Origin: Dicyema japonicum
Lineage: Eukaryota > Animalia > Dicyemida
Reading direction: 5' to 3'
Assembly (NCBI GenBank): GCA_011109175.1
Contig: RDEW01000030.1
Span: 428,094-492,093 of the forward strand
Length of the DNA stretch: 64,000 bases
This document shows, in pieces, positions 12,840-25,450 of this stretch (its first letter is position 1; every line of letters begins with the position of its first letter). The notes under the pieces were generated by a model that saw only the letters and a list, made by a program, of their open reading frames with translations, was not told where the DNA came from and did no database searches. Both the position numbers and the translations under genes were made by a program.

Positions 12840-15315
12840 GTAGAAATGGATCCCACGGTAGAAACCGCCGTAACATCCCCGGAGAGGCATTAATACAATT
12901 TTGCACGGCATTCAACCTACTCATATGCAACACTTGTTTCAAGCACCCGGCAAGACACAGGACCACGTGGGTTGGTACCAGAAAAGGCAAATCTGGAAAC
13001 ACAGTCAATATATACAATCAGATCGACTATATTATCTGCAAGCAACATCAGAAGGCCCTCCTACAGGACTCGAGATCTTACGGTGGACTTGAAACAAGTA
13101 GCGATCATAAACTTGTGGTCGCCCGGCTAGTACTTAAAAGAATCCATGGAATACACGGGAAACACAAAGGCCTTACCTCAGTACGTTTCGACACTGAGAG
13201 GTTACGCTACGAAGAATCCACCAAATGTCGTTATAGTGCAGTTCTGAGAGATAGCATCAACAGTATTAACCAAAATCAGCCGACAAACAGCTTATGGGAT
13301 GAAATAGTGGTTGCTATCCAAAACACAGCCTTTAGTGTGCTTGGTCACATCACCAAATCTCGTCACAAACAATGTAATCCGGATATCGGACAACTCTCTG
13401 TAACACAGAAAGAGCTCAGACTCCGGATGGAAAACACAAACGCTCCGGAAGATATCAAAGTACTGCGCACCCAGAGAGGGAGAGTCTTAACGAAGATCAA
13501 ACAAATACAAAGATTCCTTGCCAAAAATGAAGCTGAGGAGAAAATCTCAGACATATTAAAGTACAAGAACGGACCAAGAATGTTCAAAGCAATCCGGCTT
13601 CTTAGCAGAGAAAACTGTCCAATTTCGTTAACTGTCCATGACAACCTTGGTCACGACGTTATCGGGACCATTAACAAAGCAAACGTTCTGGCATCCCATT
13701 TTGACCTTATGTTCAACAAACAGGACGCGGCTGACCAAGCAATGAAATCTCGGAAGTCTTACAAGTACACTCTAACTAGCCCTATTACCATATCCGAAAC
13801 TCAACAAGCTATTAAAAAATTAAATACCGGAAGATCTGCCGGACCAGACTTCATTACTGCAGAACTTTTACAATACGGCCCGGAGGAGCTAATTGAAATG
13901 ATTACTAACATTTTCAACCGGTCTCTCGAGGGTGCAGATGAACTGGAACTGGGAAAAGGGTGGCTAATTCCACTACAAAAACCGGGAAAAAGTAAAGGCC
14001 CCCCTCACAACTTCAGACCTATTATACTCCTAACCTCCATACGAAAAACATTATCCCTCATTGCTTTAAACCGAATAAAGGAGAGGGTGAACATATTTCT
14101 TTCGGACGGCCAAAGTGGATTCCGGACGGGCAGGTCCACGGCTGACGTGGTATGGGGGCACAGGTGGTATTGTGCCCTGTGCCAAAAATACAAAAAATCT
14201 ATTGAGATACTTGGTATCGACATGTCCCGTGCGTTCGACTCGGTGGACCGTGGAAAACTTATGGAAGTGTTGGAGAGTTTTCTACTGCCTGACGATGTCA
14301 AAATAATACACTTACTCATGCGGAACACTCAACTTGCCGTCAAAATTGGTGACTCTACCTCTAACTTTTTTTCGACCTCACGTGGAGTTCCACAGGGGGA
14401 CTCACTATCCCCGGTCCTCTTTATTGTCTACCTTGAGGCCGCACTAAGAGAGTTCAGACCCCTGGTTGGCAACAATTATAACGAGATAATCTACGCGGAC
14501 GACCTGGACTTTGTTTCTGAGGATATTCAAGTACTTCAACACATGCTTAACGTTCTTCCACACGTATTCTCGAAATGGTTCTTAACCGTTAACACCGATA
14601 AAACAGAGTTCACAACACTTACACGCAATGATCGAAGATCGGACGAGTCTTGGAGAAAGCAAAAGAAGGTGGGTTCGCTTCTCGGGGACTCAGAAGATGT
14701 TTCTCGGAGGAAAATCCTCGCAATGTGTGCACTAAAGAAAGTATCGAATATGTGGGGTCATAAGAAGAGGATGGGATTAAACACCAAACTCAGAATATAT
14801 AAGGCTTTTGTCATCCCCGTCCTGACCTACAATTCAGGCACTTGGGGAATCTCTAAACAAGAGATGGACCGTCTTGACGCTTTCCACAGGACACAATTGA
14901 AATCAGTAATCAAGATCAAGTGGCCTAAGAAGATCTCAAACAATGACCTCTACTCGAAGTGCAAATCTGGTATACTATCCGAGGAGATCTTCAGATCAAG
15001 ATGGAGTCTCTTTGGACATATCTTACGTCTAAATGCTCAAGTACCCGCGAATATCGCCATGGAAAACTACCTAATGCATACGGGAGCCGGTTTCCGTGGA
15101 AGACCAAGAGTCACACTCCCAACTATTTTGAATGGAGACCTGTCGGCTGTGGGACTGAAGCTCACTTCCGCAGACGACCTAGATACCTTAAGGGAACTGG
15201 CACGAAGTAGAGGGTCCTGGAAAAGGCTGATAGAGAGGATGGCTAGAAATACGGCACAAGGGAGGCTTGATTAATTTTATGACTTCTCGGGAGTGCTTTA
15301 AATATAATAATAATA
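12840..15315 (+). mobile_element. young 5'-truncated RTE-clade retrotransposon: partial AP endonuclease + intact RT
   Basis: Frame is open from the 5' junction (codon 12839) to TAA at 15274, about 812 codons. APE motifs GEALIQFC...NTCF.H...TW, QIDYI, SDH; RT motifs GPD, FRPI, QSGFR, DMSRAFDSV, GVPQGDSLSP, YADD; (TAA)n tail; TSD. Confidence 0.95.
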
Positions 15316-15326
15316 ATATTTTAAAT

Positions 15327-15443
15327 CGACTGCGTGCAACCGTGGAGGATGGAAGAGGCTAACTAATAACATTGTTTCTTGTATTGCACATGCTTTGCTA
15401 TAACTATTATGGCAAGGCGATAAGTGCTGTAATAATAGTAATA
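15327..15443 (+). mobile_element. 117-bp 3' stub of a second RTE subfamily
   Basis: ACNRGGWKRLTNNIVSCIAHALL*, 3'UTR motif and taataatagtaataat tail; 11-bp TSD ATATTTTAAAT. Confidence 0.8.
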
Positions 15444-15670
15444 ATATTTTAAATGTCCACGTATGTTGACTCCCTTTTTCCTACATTGTTGTAATGCGGT
15501 CAACGCATTATACATTGCAGAAAAGGCGGAGATGTTCCGCAATTTTGTCGTCAATGTAACTGGAGGTGCAGGTAATATGTCACTGATTTTTTCAAGTCAT
15601 TAGGACGTCTAGAAACACTTAAGTCATTGCATCCGTGGAACCCAGTGGTTCTTCATGTTGATCTCCGTTG

Positions 15671-16150
15671 TTATTGAGAGGCGCAATTTTGCATCAATTC
15701 AGTATTTTTATCACCAACATATGTGGAAACATATAGAGTTATATTTCCACACGTGTGGCTCCCAAAACGATTATTTACCTGCCTCTTCCAACTCCTCCTG
15801 TTGCATGCGAGCTCTTTAGCACGTCCAAATAATTTGTCGTTAAGTTGACGTTTAATAGGCTTCAGATCGTTGTTCAACACCCGTGGCGACCATGGTATTT
15901 CTTTCCGTCCGACACGAATTAATCTTCCTTAATTAGCAGTGGTTGTTCAGTCGAGGTGTAACATGTGTCCAAAAAGTTTATATCTGGATTCAACGATTTC
16001 TAGGCCCCACGTCCCTCTGAACATCCTCCATTTAGTGCACTCTATTGTTAATCCATGTTATTCATGAATTATTTCTAGTTGTTTTCGATGAAGGTGTGAT
16101 GGCTTTTGTATATATATTTTTATATGTTGGATGGATGTCAAGTGTTACAC
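15671..16150 (-). mobile_element. RTE 3' remnant
   Basis: YKLFGHMLHLD...AKELACNRRSWKRQ homologous to the RTE C-terminus. Confidence 0.7.
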
Positions 16151-16199
16151 TAAGAATTTTGTGAAAATTTTGATAGCGGAATAGGTTACTCGGAAGTGA

Positions 16200-17700
16200 A
16201 AAATTTTGGGTGTATATTGGATATACGGTAGCCGCCCTGTCCTGACTGCGTGACTATTCCCTTTCAGAGTGACGAGCAAGATTTGCTCAAATATCCAGCA
16301 GCGTTCACGGAGATCTCCTGTTCATGTAGAAATCCGATTCCCTTGACGACCCAGGAATTCCAACTTCAATAGTGCAGAGGAACCTGACGTTTCAATATTG
16401 GATTTTTATCACAAGATTGTAGATTTTAAGGGAGAAGTCTTCAATTTATTGTCAGATATCCAATCATTAAGCTTGTTAAAGCAAATTTTCATTGAATTTA
16501 CGTTAGGTAATTTTTATTTTTGCTGTGTTATCAAATCGTCTGCAAGAATGTTATTTTCATTTGGTCGAGGAATATTATTATAAGCAACTATCGTAGAAAC
16601 ATATTTCCACACGTGCGGCATTTAAAGCGATTTTTCGGATCAATCTCGTCCATCCTCCCCTGCTACACGCTAAACTTCTCATAGCATTCAGATCCTCCCC
16701 ACTTACGAGCCTACGGTTGATTGCCTTGAGATCCTCATCCAGCACCCCGGTAGCGTAGTACGTGGGCGCCCCCGATATTTTTTCCACTTGCAGCGAAATA
16801 TTCCTCTATTGCCAAATTTGCATGTGATGTGGGTCCATCCGTAGGACGTGTCCAAACAGTCTCCATCGGGCCTCCACCACATCCCAAGTCATAGGTCGCG
16901 TTGAGCACTTTCGGTACAGTGCCTCATTATTGATCCGTGTCGGCCATATCAAAGAATATCACTCATGAATAAATTAAATAGTGAAAGGGAGAGAGCTGAA
17001 CCTTGTGGGACTCCGTTTTAAAGTATCTACAACGTAGAATTTTCGAATGAAATTGCAAATCCATTTTGTATTTTGGGAGATTTCTACACGTTTTTTTTAT
17101 TTTCGAATATGGTAGACTGATTTTTGCATAGTGATTGATATGTCCCTGATACTAAGTATCTTCCTTTTGTAAGCGCCTTTCCCAATACAAGTGGGGATCT
17201 AGAGTTAGAAAGTCATCCATAATCTTCCAAATTTTACCATGTTTTCCACGAGCAGTCCACCTTGTGAGAGACCGTCATGTGCTCGTAAGCGGCAACGACA
17301 TAATGAATTGAGCTGTGATTGCAGTAAAACTTTTTTTCTAAGAAAATGGTAAAGGATTTTTTGTAGGATTCCTGCTATCCAAAAAGATGACATAATTGAT
17401 GAATTTTTACGTAGAACTCGTTTGTCTCTGAAATAAGATATTTCAGTTTATGAGTTTTCCAGAGTCGATTGCATGGTAGAAACCTCTGATTTGGACTTCG
17501 TCAAACTCTTCAACTTGGCTTAGATTTCATGGTGTGGAACTTGTTATTAGGGTCATCTGCCTCGAGGTATTCTTCTGAATCTTGCCTGAGCAGTTCGAAA
17601 ACTTGAGAATCACCTCTTGATTCACTTGATTATCTGCAGAGGTATTGGGTTAGTTCGGGAATCGAAATTAATCTAGGAGATTGAATTGCCAGACTGTTTC
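16200..17700 (-). mobile_element. CR1/Jockey-group RT remnant split by an RTE insertion
   Basis: ILYHFLRKKVLLQSQ; GVPQGSALS.LFNLFMSDI at ~17020-16955 resumes as PRPNENNILADDL...DWISDNKLK below 16570. Confidence 0.7.
16576..16953 (-). mobile_element. RTE 3' fragment with 6-bp TSD (GAATAT at 16570-16575 and 16954-16959)
   Basis: RWRLFGHVLR...AMRSLACSRGGWTRL; short taataat tail; TSD. Confidence 0.8.
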
Positions 17701-17718
17701 CGAGATACGCTCTCGAAG

Positions 17719-18040
17719 CTATCCATTCTCACATAGATCCTTGGGGACCTTTTGTATCATTGAGGCGAGCCGAATGACTAGATCGTCTGCTTGTGAGCCA
17801 AGGATTCCTGATTTCTCAACAGCAAATGGGACAAACAAGTGATCTCCGAAATGCCTCGTACTTCCTTCTCTCGGTTTGTTTAGAAGCATGACCTGGTTCC
17901 AAGGCGGAAGCAGCCAAATTTTTCCCCGTATCAACACACGTAGCGTCCCAAACCAAGTTCAGACCATCAGCAAAAGGGAGTTTTGTCATCCCGGGGAGGT
18001 TGCCATCTCCCCTGGTGAGACCAGTCGCCTCCATTCAAAT
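17719..18040 (-). mobile_element. CRE-clade-like non-LTR element, RLE domain remnant
   Basis: GLTRGDG...LPFADGLNLVWDATCVDT...GHASKQTERRKY...FVPFAVEKSG. Confidence 0.75.
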
Positions 18041-18309
18041 ATTGACCTAAAAATTGACTTACCTACCTGACTATTTCATTTTGGTGGATTACCCTGCAAC
18101 TAACCATTAAAATTCCATCTTCATCAGAACTCACAATTATTTTTTCACTTCAATTATAGACTAATCAAGCCAATTTTCTCATCTGTTTAGGGTTAAACCT
18201 GAAAGATATTTCAACAACTTTTCCCCCTACCATGACTTGTTTTTGATTACGGCTGCCTTCGTGGAAGAAATAGGTAAATCGATATCTTTAAAAAAATTCT
18301 GATTTTTAG

Positions 18310-18490
18310 GTAACAGTTGTAGAGAAGACTTAGAATTGGACATTGCTATTTCTAGGCGTTATGAAAACCGTCTCCGTTCGCTGAAGCCTATGAATTGCAT
18401 TCCAGATTTTGTTGGCGATTCCTTTATCCATTCATCACAAGCTCCATAGGTTTCGAAGACGATTAGGAGCATACGATCTCCTAAGGTTTA
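18310..18490 (-). mobile_element. CRE-like RLE C-terminal remnant
   Basis: IVFETYGACDEW...FS*RLEIAM. Confidence 0.45.
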
Positions 18491-19789
18491 GTATTTTTTT
18501 TCTCCGTTCACGGATTGGTGAAGGAGTGAATAAGACAATACGCGTTACATCATACACGAGAAATCTTCTATGAGAGAATAGAAAATGGTGGTTAGATCAG
18601 GGAAAGAAACCCAGCTGACTAGACCATGTTTGATGATCTCGCTGAGGACCAATTTTTTTGGAACTTCCTGGCGCTCTTTCTTCGGGAAAGAGGATGGATC
18701 CCGATCAGGCATCACCTCACATATAAAGTTAGAAAAACATTGAGGTGTTCAGAGTTAGGCAAGGCTCTCCAGTGGAAGTAATAGTCTTCTTAGATTCTCA
18801 AACGGATTGTTCGATTGCCGCCCATAGTGCAGTTGTCAGTGTACCACACGTTCAGAAGCGTAGAACAACATTCCATGAAATGGTTGATTCCGAAGGTGAA
18901 CAGAACTTTTCCCAGTTAAGCGTAACAAATTTTGGAAACTTTGATTCTTGTTTCTCACAGTCTGGCATGTAGGGATGTTATTTGTAGCAAACCATTATGG
19001 TCCCGGAATAAAATTTTGGTATACTCCTTTTCACAAAAGATGTAAGTGATTTCTCATCTTCCCCTCTCGCTGAGGGTATGTAATGCGTTGATGAGGCGAA
19101 GTAAAATAGTAGGCCCAATATTTTTGGACGCCGGAAGAGACTGCCTTCTTAATAAACTCGTAACATTAACATTTTTTGTTAAAGACCAAGACATAGCGAT
19201 AGTTATGGGGGATTAATTTATTAAAAATCCTGCCGTGAGGCCTGGATTCTTTCGCATTTTTACCCCCTTTAGCTTCATAGTATCTTCTAATGAACATTTC
19301 ATCCACTTTGGTCCTCAGGAGAAAACCCTCAATCCGTTCCACTACCACGCTCCTTACTGACTTGATCAGGGTTTCCACTCGTATGATCAGTCTGCAACCT
19401 ATATGCGTTGAACCTTCAACCGAAATTTACAGCAGGGAGATTTGAACCTGGAACTATCTTGATTTTGTCCGGCACTTTTTACACTGTGCAGGTTTGAAAT
19501 AAGCTCCAGTAGACTCTGATGATCACTTGTTGGGGGTAAATGTGGAGAAAGTCGTATTTACTGGTAGGAGACATGATTGGTAATACCATTTCTTGCTTTC
19601 GACATCTTTTCTTGAGTCTCTCCAAACACGAGGTTCACAAGAAAATCCATATTAAACGGGCAATAAAACAACCGCAAATAAAATTAATCATGAAAATCTA
19701 AAGACAAAAAAGTTAGGCACCCCCACATTGGAGACCACTTAAATTTTGCGAGAAAAAAAAACAAAAAACTCAAAAAATTTGCCTCGTAC

Positions 19790-20115
19790 ACAAAAAAACT
19801 TGACAGGAAACGATGCTACGAAACTGCAACACATAAGTTGAGCCTGCAATGTTATACAACCTGAGTACTTGGGTCTGCAAGTAGACGAAGCCAAAAAACT
19901 AAACTCTTTTCACCTCACACAACTAAGAAAAACAATGACCTGCACAGGGCGTTCCCGAATATGTATGTGTAATGAACGAAACAGCTAAAATTGGCCATGG
20001 AAGACTTCTTCGACGCTCCCCGATCCCGTGAACGGCTAATAACTACCCCATTGATGGTCATAGACAAGGCCCCCAAAGATTGGGAGGCTTTTCAGAGAGA
20101 GAACCTAGATAAACT
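19790..20115 (+). mobile_element. degenerate RTE 3' remnant
   Basis: Frameshifted similarity to KLNSFHLTQLRK...DKLKELA...W of the RTE ORF. Confidence 0.5.
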
Positions 20116-20194
20116 AAAGGGAACTTGCCCCTACAAGCGGAGAAGAATGACGTTTTGTTAGTTTCTCGAATTTCTCATAGCGACAATAATAATA

Positions 20195-20467
20195 ACACCA
20201 GAGACCGTGGTTACACACAAACTAATCACGTGATCCCAGCACGCTCTAGAGGGGACCTCATCTTGGCCCAATGCTTCTCCCTCGACACCACACAAGCACG
20301 TATCGGTCGAATGACTTGACCTTCGCAGTCACGACGGCGCGTTCCATGGTTCATTCATATCAAGGCTTCAAAAGGTATTTGTGGCTGGAACTCTCCAGAA
20401 ATCCAGCGTTCCGTGATTTTGGAGGCTCTTTTCCGGCTAGCCTCGATCTTCAAGACATTCGTCCAAG
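20195..20467 (-). mobile_element. dispersed LINE-family 3' remnant
   Basis: YSWTNVLKIEASRKRASKI...KHWAKMRSPLERAGIT*; 3' end attagtttgtgtgtaaccacggtct plus (TTA)n, homologous to 40720-40800. Confidence 0.6.
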
Positions 20468-20711
20468 AGTAGCATATTCACACGTGGGTATGCTAATTGT
20501 GATATGATAAATATCTCAGCTGGATGTGTTTAAACTTGTTGAAATAGTAGACCTTAATGGAGAATCTCTCTGCCAGAATATCCTTTTTGAAAAATATTCT
20601 TTATGTTTTGCGGAATTTCATAAATCTTGTTGTCAAGTTTGTTAAGGTTTATAAGAGGGGGTTCACTTGTCTGAGATTAACTTTGAAGGATTCGAATGTA
20701 GGCTTTTTCTT
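20468..20711 (+). pseudogene. 244-bp unspliced duplicate of ZFYVE9/16 gene segment 22824-23068
   Basis: Near-identical (about 5 substitutions and 2 small indels) and includes intronic sequence. Confidence 0.95.
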
Positions 20712-20851
20712 AAAGTGAATTAATAATAACAAATGTCAATGAATAATCACAATTAGATCTTTAAATTAATATTGACTATAAAAAATTTAAATAATATTAT
20801 TTACTTTTTTGTTATAAATAGTTAGAATTAATTTAATTATTGGTTACAATA

Positions 20852-23259
20852 ATGTCTGAGTCTAGCGACAATCAGGGTAATCATTATAACCAATCACAGG
20901 ACTCGTAGTAAACGAGCCAACGGATTGTAGAGAGGTAGTCAATGACCTGGAGGATTCTAGGTCCTTGCCTACTATATCGGAAGACGATAAGAAGGCTACT
21001 TTTAACGAAAGATCAGTGACAGAGCGTAAATGGTTATTAAATTAATAGCAATTGATACAAGACCACCCACGTGGATGGATGACAATGCCACCACAATCTG
21101 CATTCTTTGTGGTAAAGAGTTTACCTTTATTCGTCGTCGACATCACTGCAGATGTTGCGGGAAGGTTGGGAGATAATTTATTTAAGGTTTATTGTTCTGA
21201 CTGTTGCTCCCAGTATACCAAACTCAGATATATAGACAACACTTCAGCACGTGTCTGCTCTATCTGCTACACAACTCTAACTTGTTACTGATAATTTTAA
21301 TCTCTAGTAAAAGGCGGCTTTTCTTTCTCTGTATCGGAGCAACTACAGAAGCTCCCATCTTCTGGGGGACTATTAAGTTATTACGTAATTTCTACTTCCT
21401 AGAAAAGGATAAAGTTTCTAGTCAACGGCGGAGAGTTTCATTTTCAGAGAATTTGGAGACCTATAAACCTGTCTCTTTTCAAAATTCCTCAAATGATCTA
21501 TTCACAGTGGTTGATGGTATTTGCGGTTTTTTTGATTTGAGGTGATTACAAGCAACACAAAGTCAGGATCAATGACGTCATCGATGGTTTCGACTTCTTT
21601 TATCTCTAGAGGTAAAAAATATGGGGAGTTCTTACCTTCTGTCCATTTCCCACCATGTCAATGTTAGAGTATCCAGTTATACTCCTCCAACAAGTATATT
21701 TTGGGGATGACCATGCTAAGTTCTCCCCTGGATTCTCAACATGACTTTTTTTTCGTTTGTAACTGAAGGATTCTATTTTCACAGTCATCCCGAAATTGTG
21801 TTAGTCGTTACTACTCAGAACAGAGCTCGAATAAACAATTCTGAGCTGGTCACGTGGATTATCAGAGTTTTGCAACAAATATGTATTTCAGTGGAGTCTG
21901 GTTTGTCAAATAATGTAATTAACAGGAAATAGTATAGCCAAGTATGGCGTTGTGGTTTCCAAGAGTCTCGGGAACAGTTCGAAGGATTATGCCTTTATGT
22001 TTGTGAACCAGACCTTTCAAAATATCAATGTGGGTCAGTCTTCAACGTTGGAGACACTTTTTGGAATATATATCGCCATGGATGAGATTGAAATGGCTAA
22101 ATTGATCCCCGTAGATTTCTTTTAAGGTTGTACGACAAATATAGAACAGATTTTGAAAACTGTACTTACTTCATTAACCATTAGGTTACCCATGTCCCCT
22201 CTTTTCATTTGTTGGTCGTAGCTCTCTTACAAATTTTTGTGATGTAAATGAAAGTGTGATATCTCTATATACGGGGGGAGGTGAGACAGTCCCTACTGTC
22301 CAAGATTTGGTGATAAAAAGGAGTTCTGAAGGATTCGAGATTATTTTCCCTAAGGACAAGTCTAAAGTAAGGACTAAATTGATCCCAGCAAGTGGAAAAC
22401 TGTCTTGACTGCTGTGTGGGGTCCACGGTGTTCCTAGCTTCTGGCTCATTTGCTGATCAGGGAAATTCTTACTCCATCTACACTCAATCAGATCCAAATT
22501 CTTCGAGTTCCGGTGATGTGGTCTACACTTTTGTGATTTTCTGCACCGAACCTGGAAAAGAGAGAAATTCCTTCAAAGAGGTCGAGGATGGAGTGATGTT
22601 TTACCTTGATTGTGACACGTTTTCTATTCTTCTGAAGGTATTCCATTAAATATTTCAAAGACTCTCCGAAACTTCGAGAAGTTTAGTTTCAAGTTGTCCT
22701 GTGAGAATTTTGAACATGTGGAAGTCAATTGGAGTTGCGAGAAAACCGCAAAGTTGAGGTAAGATCTTAAATCACCGCAGACAACGAACGAGCATAATCG
22801 ATGGTTCTGTTATGAATTGTAAAAGTAGCATATTCACACGTGGGTATGCTAATTGTGATATGATAAATATCTCAGCTGGATATGTGTTTAAACTTGTTGA
22901 AATAGTGGACCTTAATGGAGACTCTCTCTGCCAGAATATCCTTTTGAAAAACATTCTTTATGTTTTGCGGAATTTCATAAATCTTGTTGTCAAGTTTGTT
23001 AAGGTTTATAAGAGGGGGTTCACTTCTCTGAGATTAACTTTGAAGGATTCTAATGTAGGCTTTTTCTTTACTACAGATATCCTATGAAATTGGGGGGCTG
23101 CACGAGGGCGTGTTGAATTCGCAGTCAGCTATCCACGATGTTCTCCTTCAAACCATTGTCGGAAAATTCCCTAATTTAGATTATGTTGAGGACTCTCAAA
23201 ATCAAAATTTACCTATTAACGTTGATATTGAAGCTATTTTTTTCACGAGTCATTCTTAG
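20852..23259 (+). CDS. ZFYVE9: SARA/endofin-family FYVE-domain endosomal protein (ZFYVE9/ZFYVE16)
   Basis: Spliced FYVE domain PPTWMDDNATTICILCGKEFTFIRRRHHCRCCGK|VYCSDC...ARVCSIC. C-terminal SARA-type motifs FFVTEGF...PEIVLV, VPTVQDLVI, EVEDGVM, LRLTLKDSN|ISYEIG, DIEAIFF*. First intron 20877-20899 (23 nt). Confidence 0.85.
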
Positions 23260-23379
23260 TTACTTTTACTAATATATTCATTTTTGCTTAAATTATTTAA
23301 TTGTTTTTTTACCGCTAATATTTTATCTGAATTGTTTAGGTTTGAAAACATCCTTTGTTAATCCCCGTGATGCCACGTG

Positions 23380-23640
23380 GCTGCTTGGTTGAGATTCCTC
23401 TGATGGCGTCATTGGATCCACCTTACTCAGGAGGCGCCCAGTGTCGTGCCGACATTTAAAGGGATCCATCTATTCATTCCACATGGAGAAAATTTTGTTT
23501 CTGGAATCGATCTCACCTTCCATGACAACATCCTCTGGATCAATGTGCTTGGGTGAAGGTTTTGCTGGAGCGCGTCAGGATCAAGAAATTAGTTAGTTTG
23601 ATTTTACCGTTGGTCTTTGGAATAATTTAATTAAATAAAA
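23380..23640 (+). mobile_element. dispersed LINE-family 3' remnant
   Basis: WRHWIHLTQEAPS...LERVRIK; family 3' end ttagtttgattttaccgttggtct plus A/T tail. Confidence 0.55.
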
Positions 23641-23699
23641 ATACTTTGGAAACACATATGCTGGATTCGTTCTATAGGAGTTTTGGACGCCACCGGACA

Positions 23700-23830
23700 C
23701 CCATCCATGCTCAAACCAGTCGGTCTTTGCAGACGTGATGGAAAACGACCAGGTGGGATGAAAGTCTTCCCTTTTGAAGCTGGGAAACCTTTTGCCTAGA
23801 ACGTCACCATACCGACACGTTTGTCCTTTG
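23700..23830 (+). mobile_element. CRE-like RLE remnant
   Basis: KPVGLCRRDGKRPGGMKVFPFEAGKPFA*NVT. Confidence 0.65.
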
Positions 23831-23849
23831 AAATGGGCAAATACACGGT

Positions 23850-24420
23850 CCTACCAAATGATTTTTTGTTTGTTCCACTTGCTGTTGAGCCGTCTGGCTC
23901 CCTGAGCCTCCGACGCTGGAATTTTTGAGTCGTTTAGGGAATCAGATTTATACACGATCAAGAGATTCCCGTGAGCGCTGCTGGTTATTTGAGCGAATCT
24001 AGCTCGCCATCCTAATTTTTTGAATGCCAGGGATTGGGCGTCTTCTGACTTAGGTGGATCCAATGACCATCCAACAGCTCTCTTGTCTTCTGGTCTAAAA
24101 GATTTCGTTCATGAGGTAGAAAGAAATTGACGGAAGAAGGTCTGACAGCCGTAGTTCAGACTTTGTGTACCGATTCCGGGCCAATAATTTACTTCACTGA
24201 GACAGTTTTTTAGGGAAAAGAATCCTACCATGCCAGACGATCTCTGTATACTTGTCTGTCCCGACCCTTTTCGAGAGGACGAATTTTCTGCCGATTTGCA
24301 TAATCCCCTCCGTTTATTCCGAAAGGGTAGTAGTAGAGGACTTGAACCTTTTAACATAATCTGTAGGTCAGCCTCGTATACTTCTATCCGGGAGATTTTC
24401 TGGATCTTTTAAACACGTTG
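23850..24420 (-). mobile_element. LINE RT-thumb/3' remnant (dispersed family)
   Basis: SLNYGCQTF; WIHLSQKTP motif at ~24030-24065. Confidence 0.55.
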
Positions 24421-24899
24421 TTTTTATGGAAATGTTTCCGATATGGTCATAAACTTCTATTTTCTGCAAATTGCGTTGAGAAATAAAAATAGTGGAATTT
24501 TTATTATTGCAGTCGGCGACGTTAGCCTTAGTTTTCCGGTCAGATCAGTAATTGGGTATATTTCAACACACTTGTACCCTTTATAGCTGGACATGGGGGA
24601 CAAACTGGGAAATACAAATAGAAATACATATAGTATGGAATTCTTAAAAATATCATCTGAAGTTGATGAGAACGTTTTTTTAAATTTGATTTGCTAAAAA
24701 ACCAAAAATTTATACCTTTGTACATCCAACGTATTCGAGTCAACCCTTCTTGTTTTTTGAAATAAAATCATTTCTACCAAAACCGTACAGTAGGGCGACC
24801 AATTTGATCCCCTTCTTTTTTCATTAGCGATCGATAATTTTGTGCAAGATATTTATACTCTCTCAATTTATAGTACCTCGACGATTGTATCCTTGGAGG

Positions 24900-25450
24900 A
24901 AGCTATTGAAATTTATTTCCAAAGATTACAAAAACAAGAAATTATGTGATCCCGCGAATTTCAATAGGGCTCCCAGCTTGGCCCGGTGGTCTTCCCTCTG
25001 TCCAACACAAGCACGCAGTGGACGAGTGATCCTCTGGTATAGTTGACTTTGGCCTCCTTTACTTCTTAAAATAATCACGACTTTTGAGAATTGTCACATG
25101 ATTGGACTTGCAGTTAACACAAAGGGATGTGAAGTGGGTAACTAGAGCATGGGTGCGGAATCTTCTTCAGAAAACAGAGAATATTGCCCCAAATATTCCG
25201 CTCTCTGGAATTTCTAATGTGGAATAAATAAAGGGAATCCTTGAGAGACAAAATAACGCTTCTGGGCAAGTTTCCCAACATATTATTACTTTTGGAAAGA
25301 CATGTTGGACATTTTATGCTCAAAAACCGCCTTCTGTCTCCCAAATCATTTTCAACCTCTGAAATTCCCTCTATTATGATTAGGATCTTCTATATGACGG
25401 TGAAATTAGGTCAGCCTTTGAACTGATTTTGAAAATAAATTTTGACGATT
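24900..25450 (-). mobile_element. CR1/L2-group LINE remnant
   Basis: KSNNMLGNLPRS...SLYLF; 3' part homologous to 20230-20310. Confidence 0.5.
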
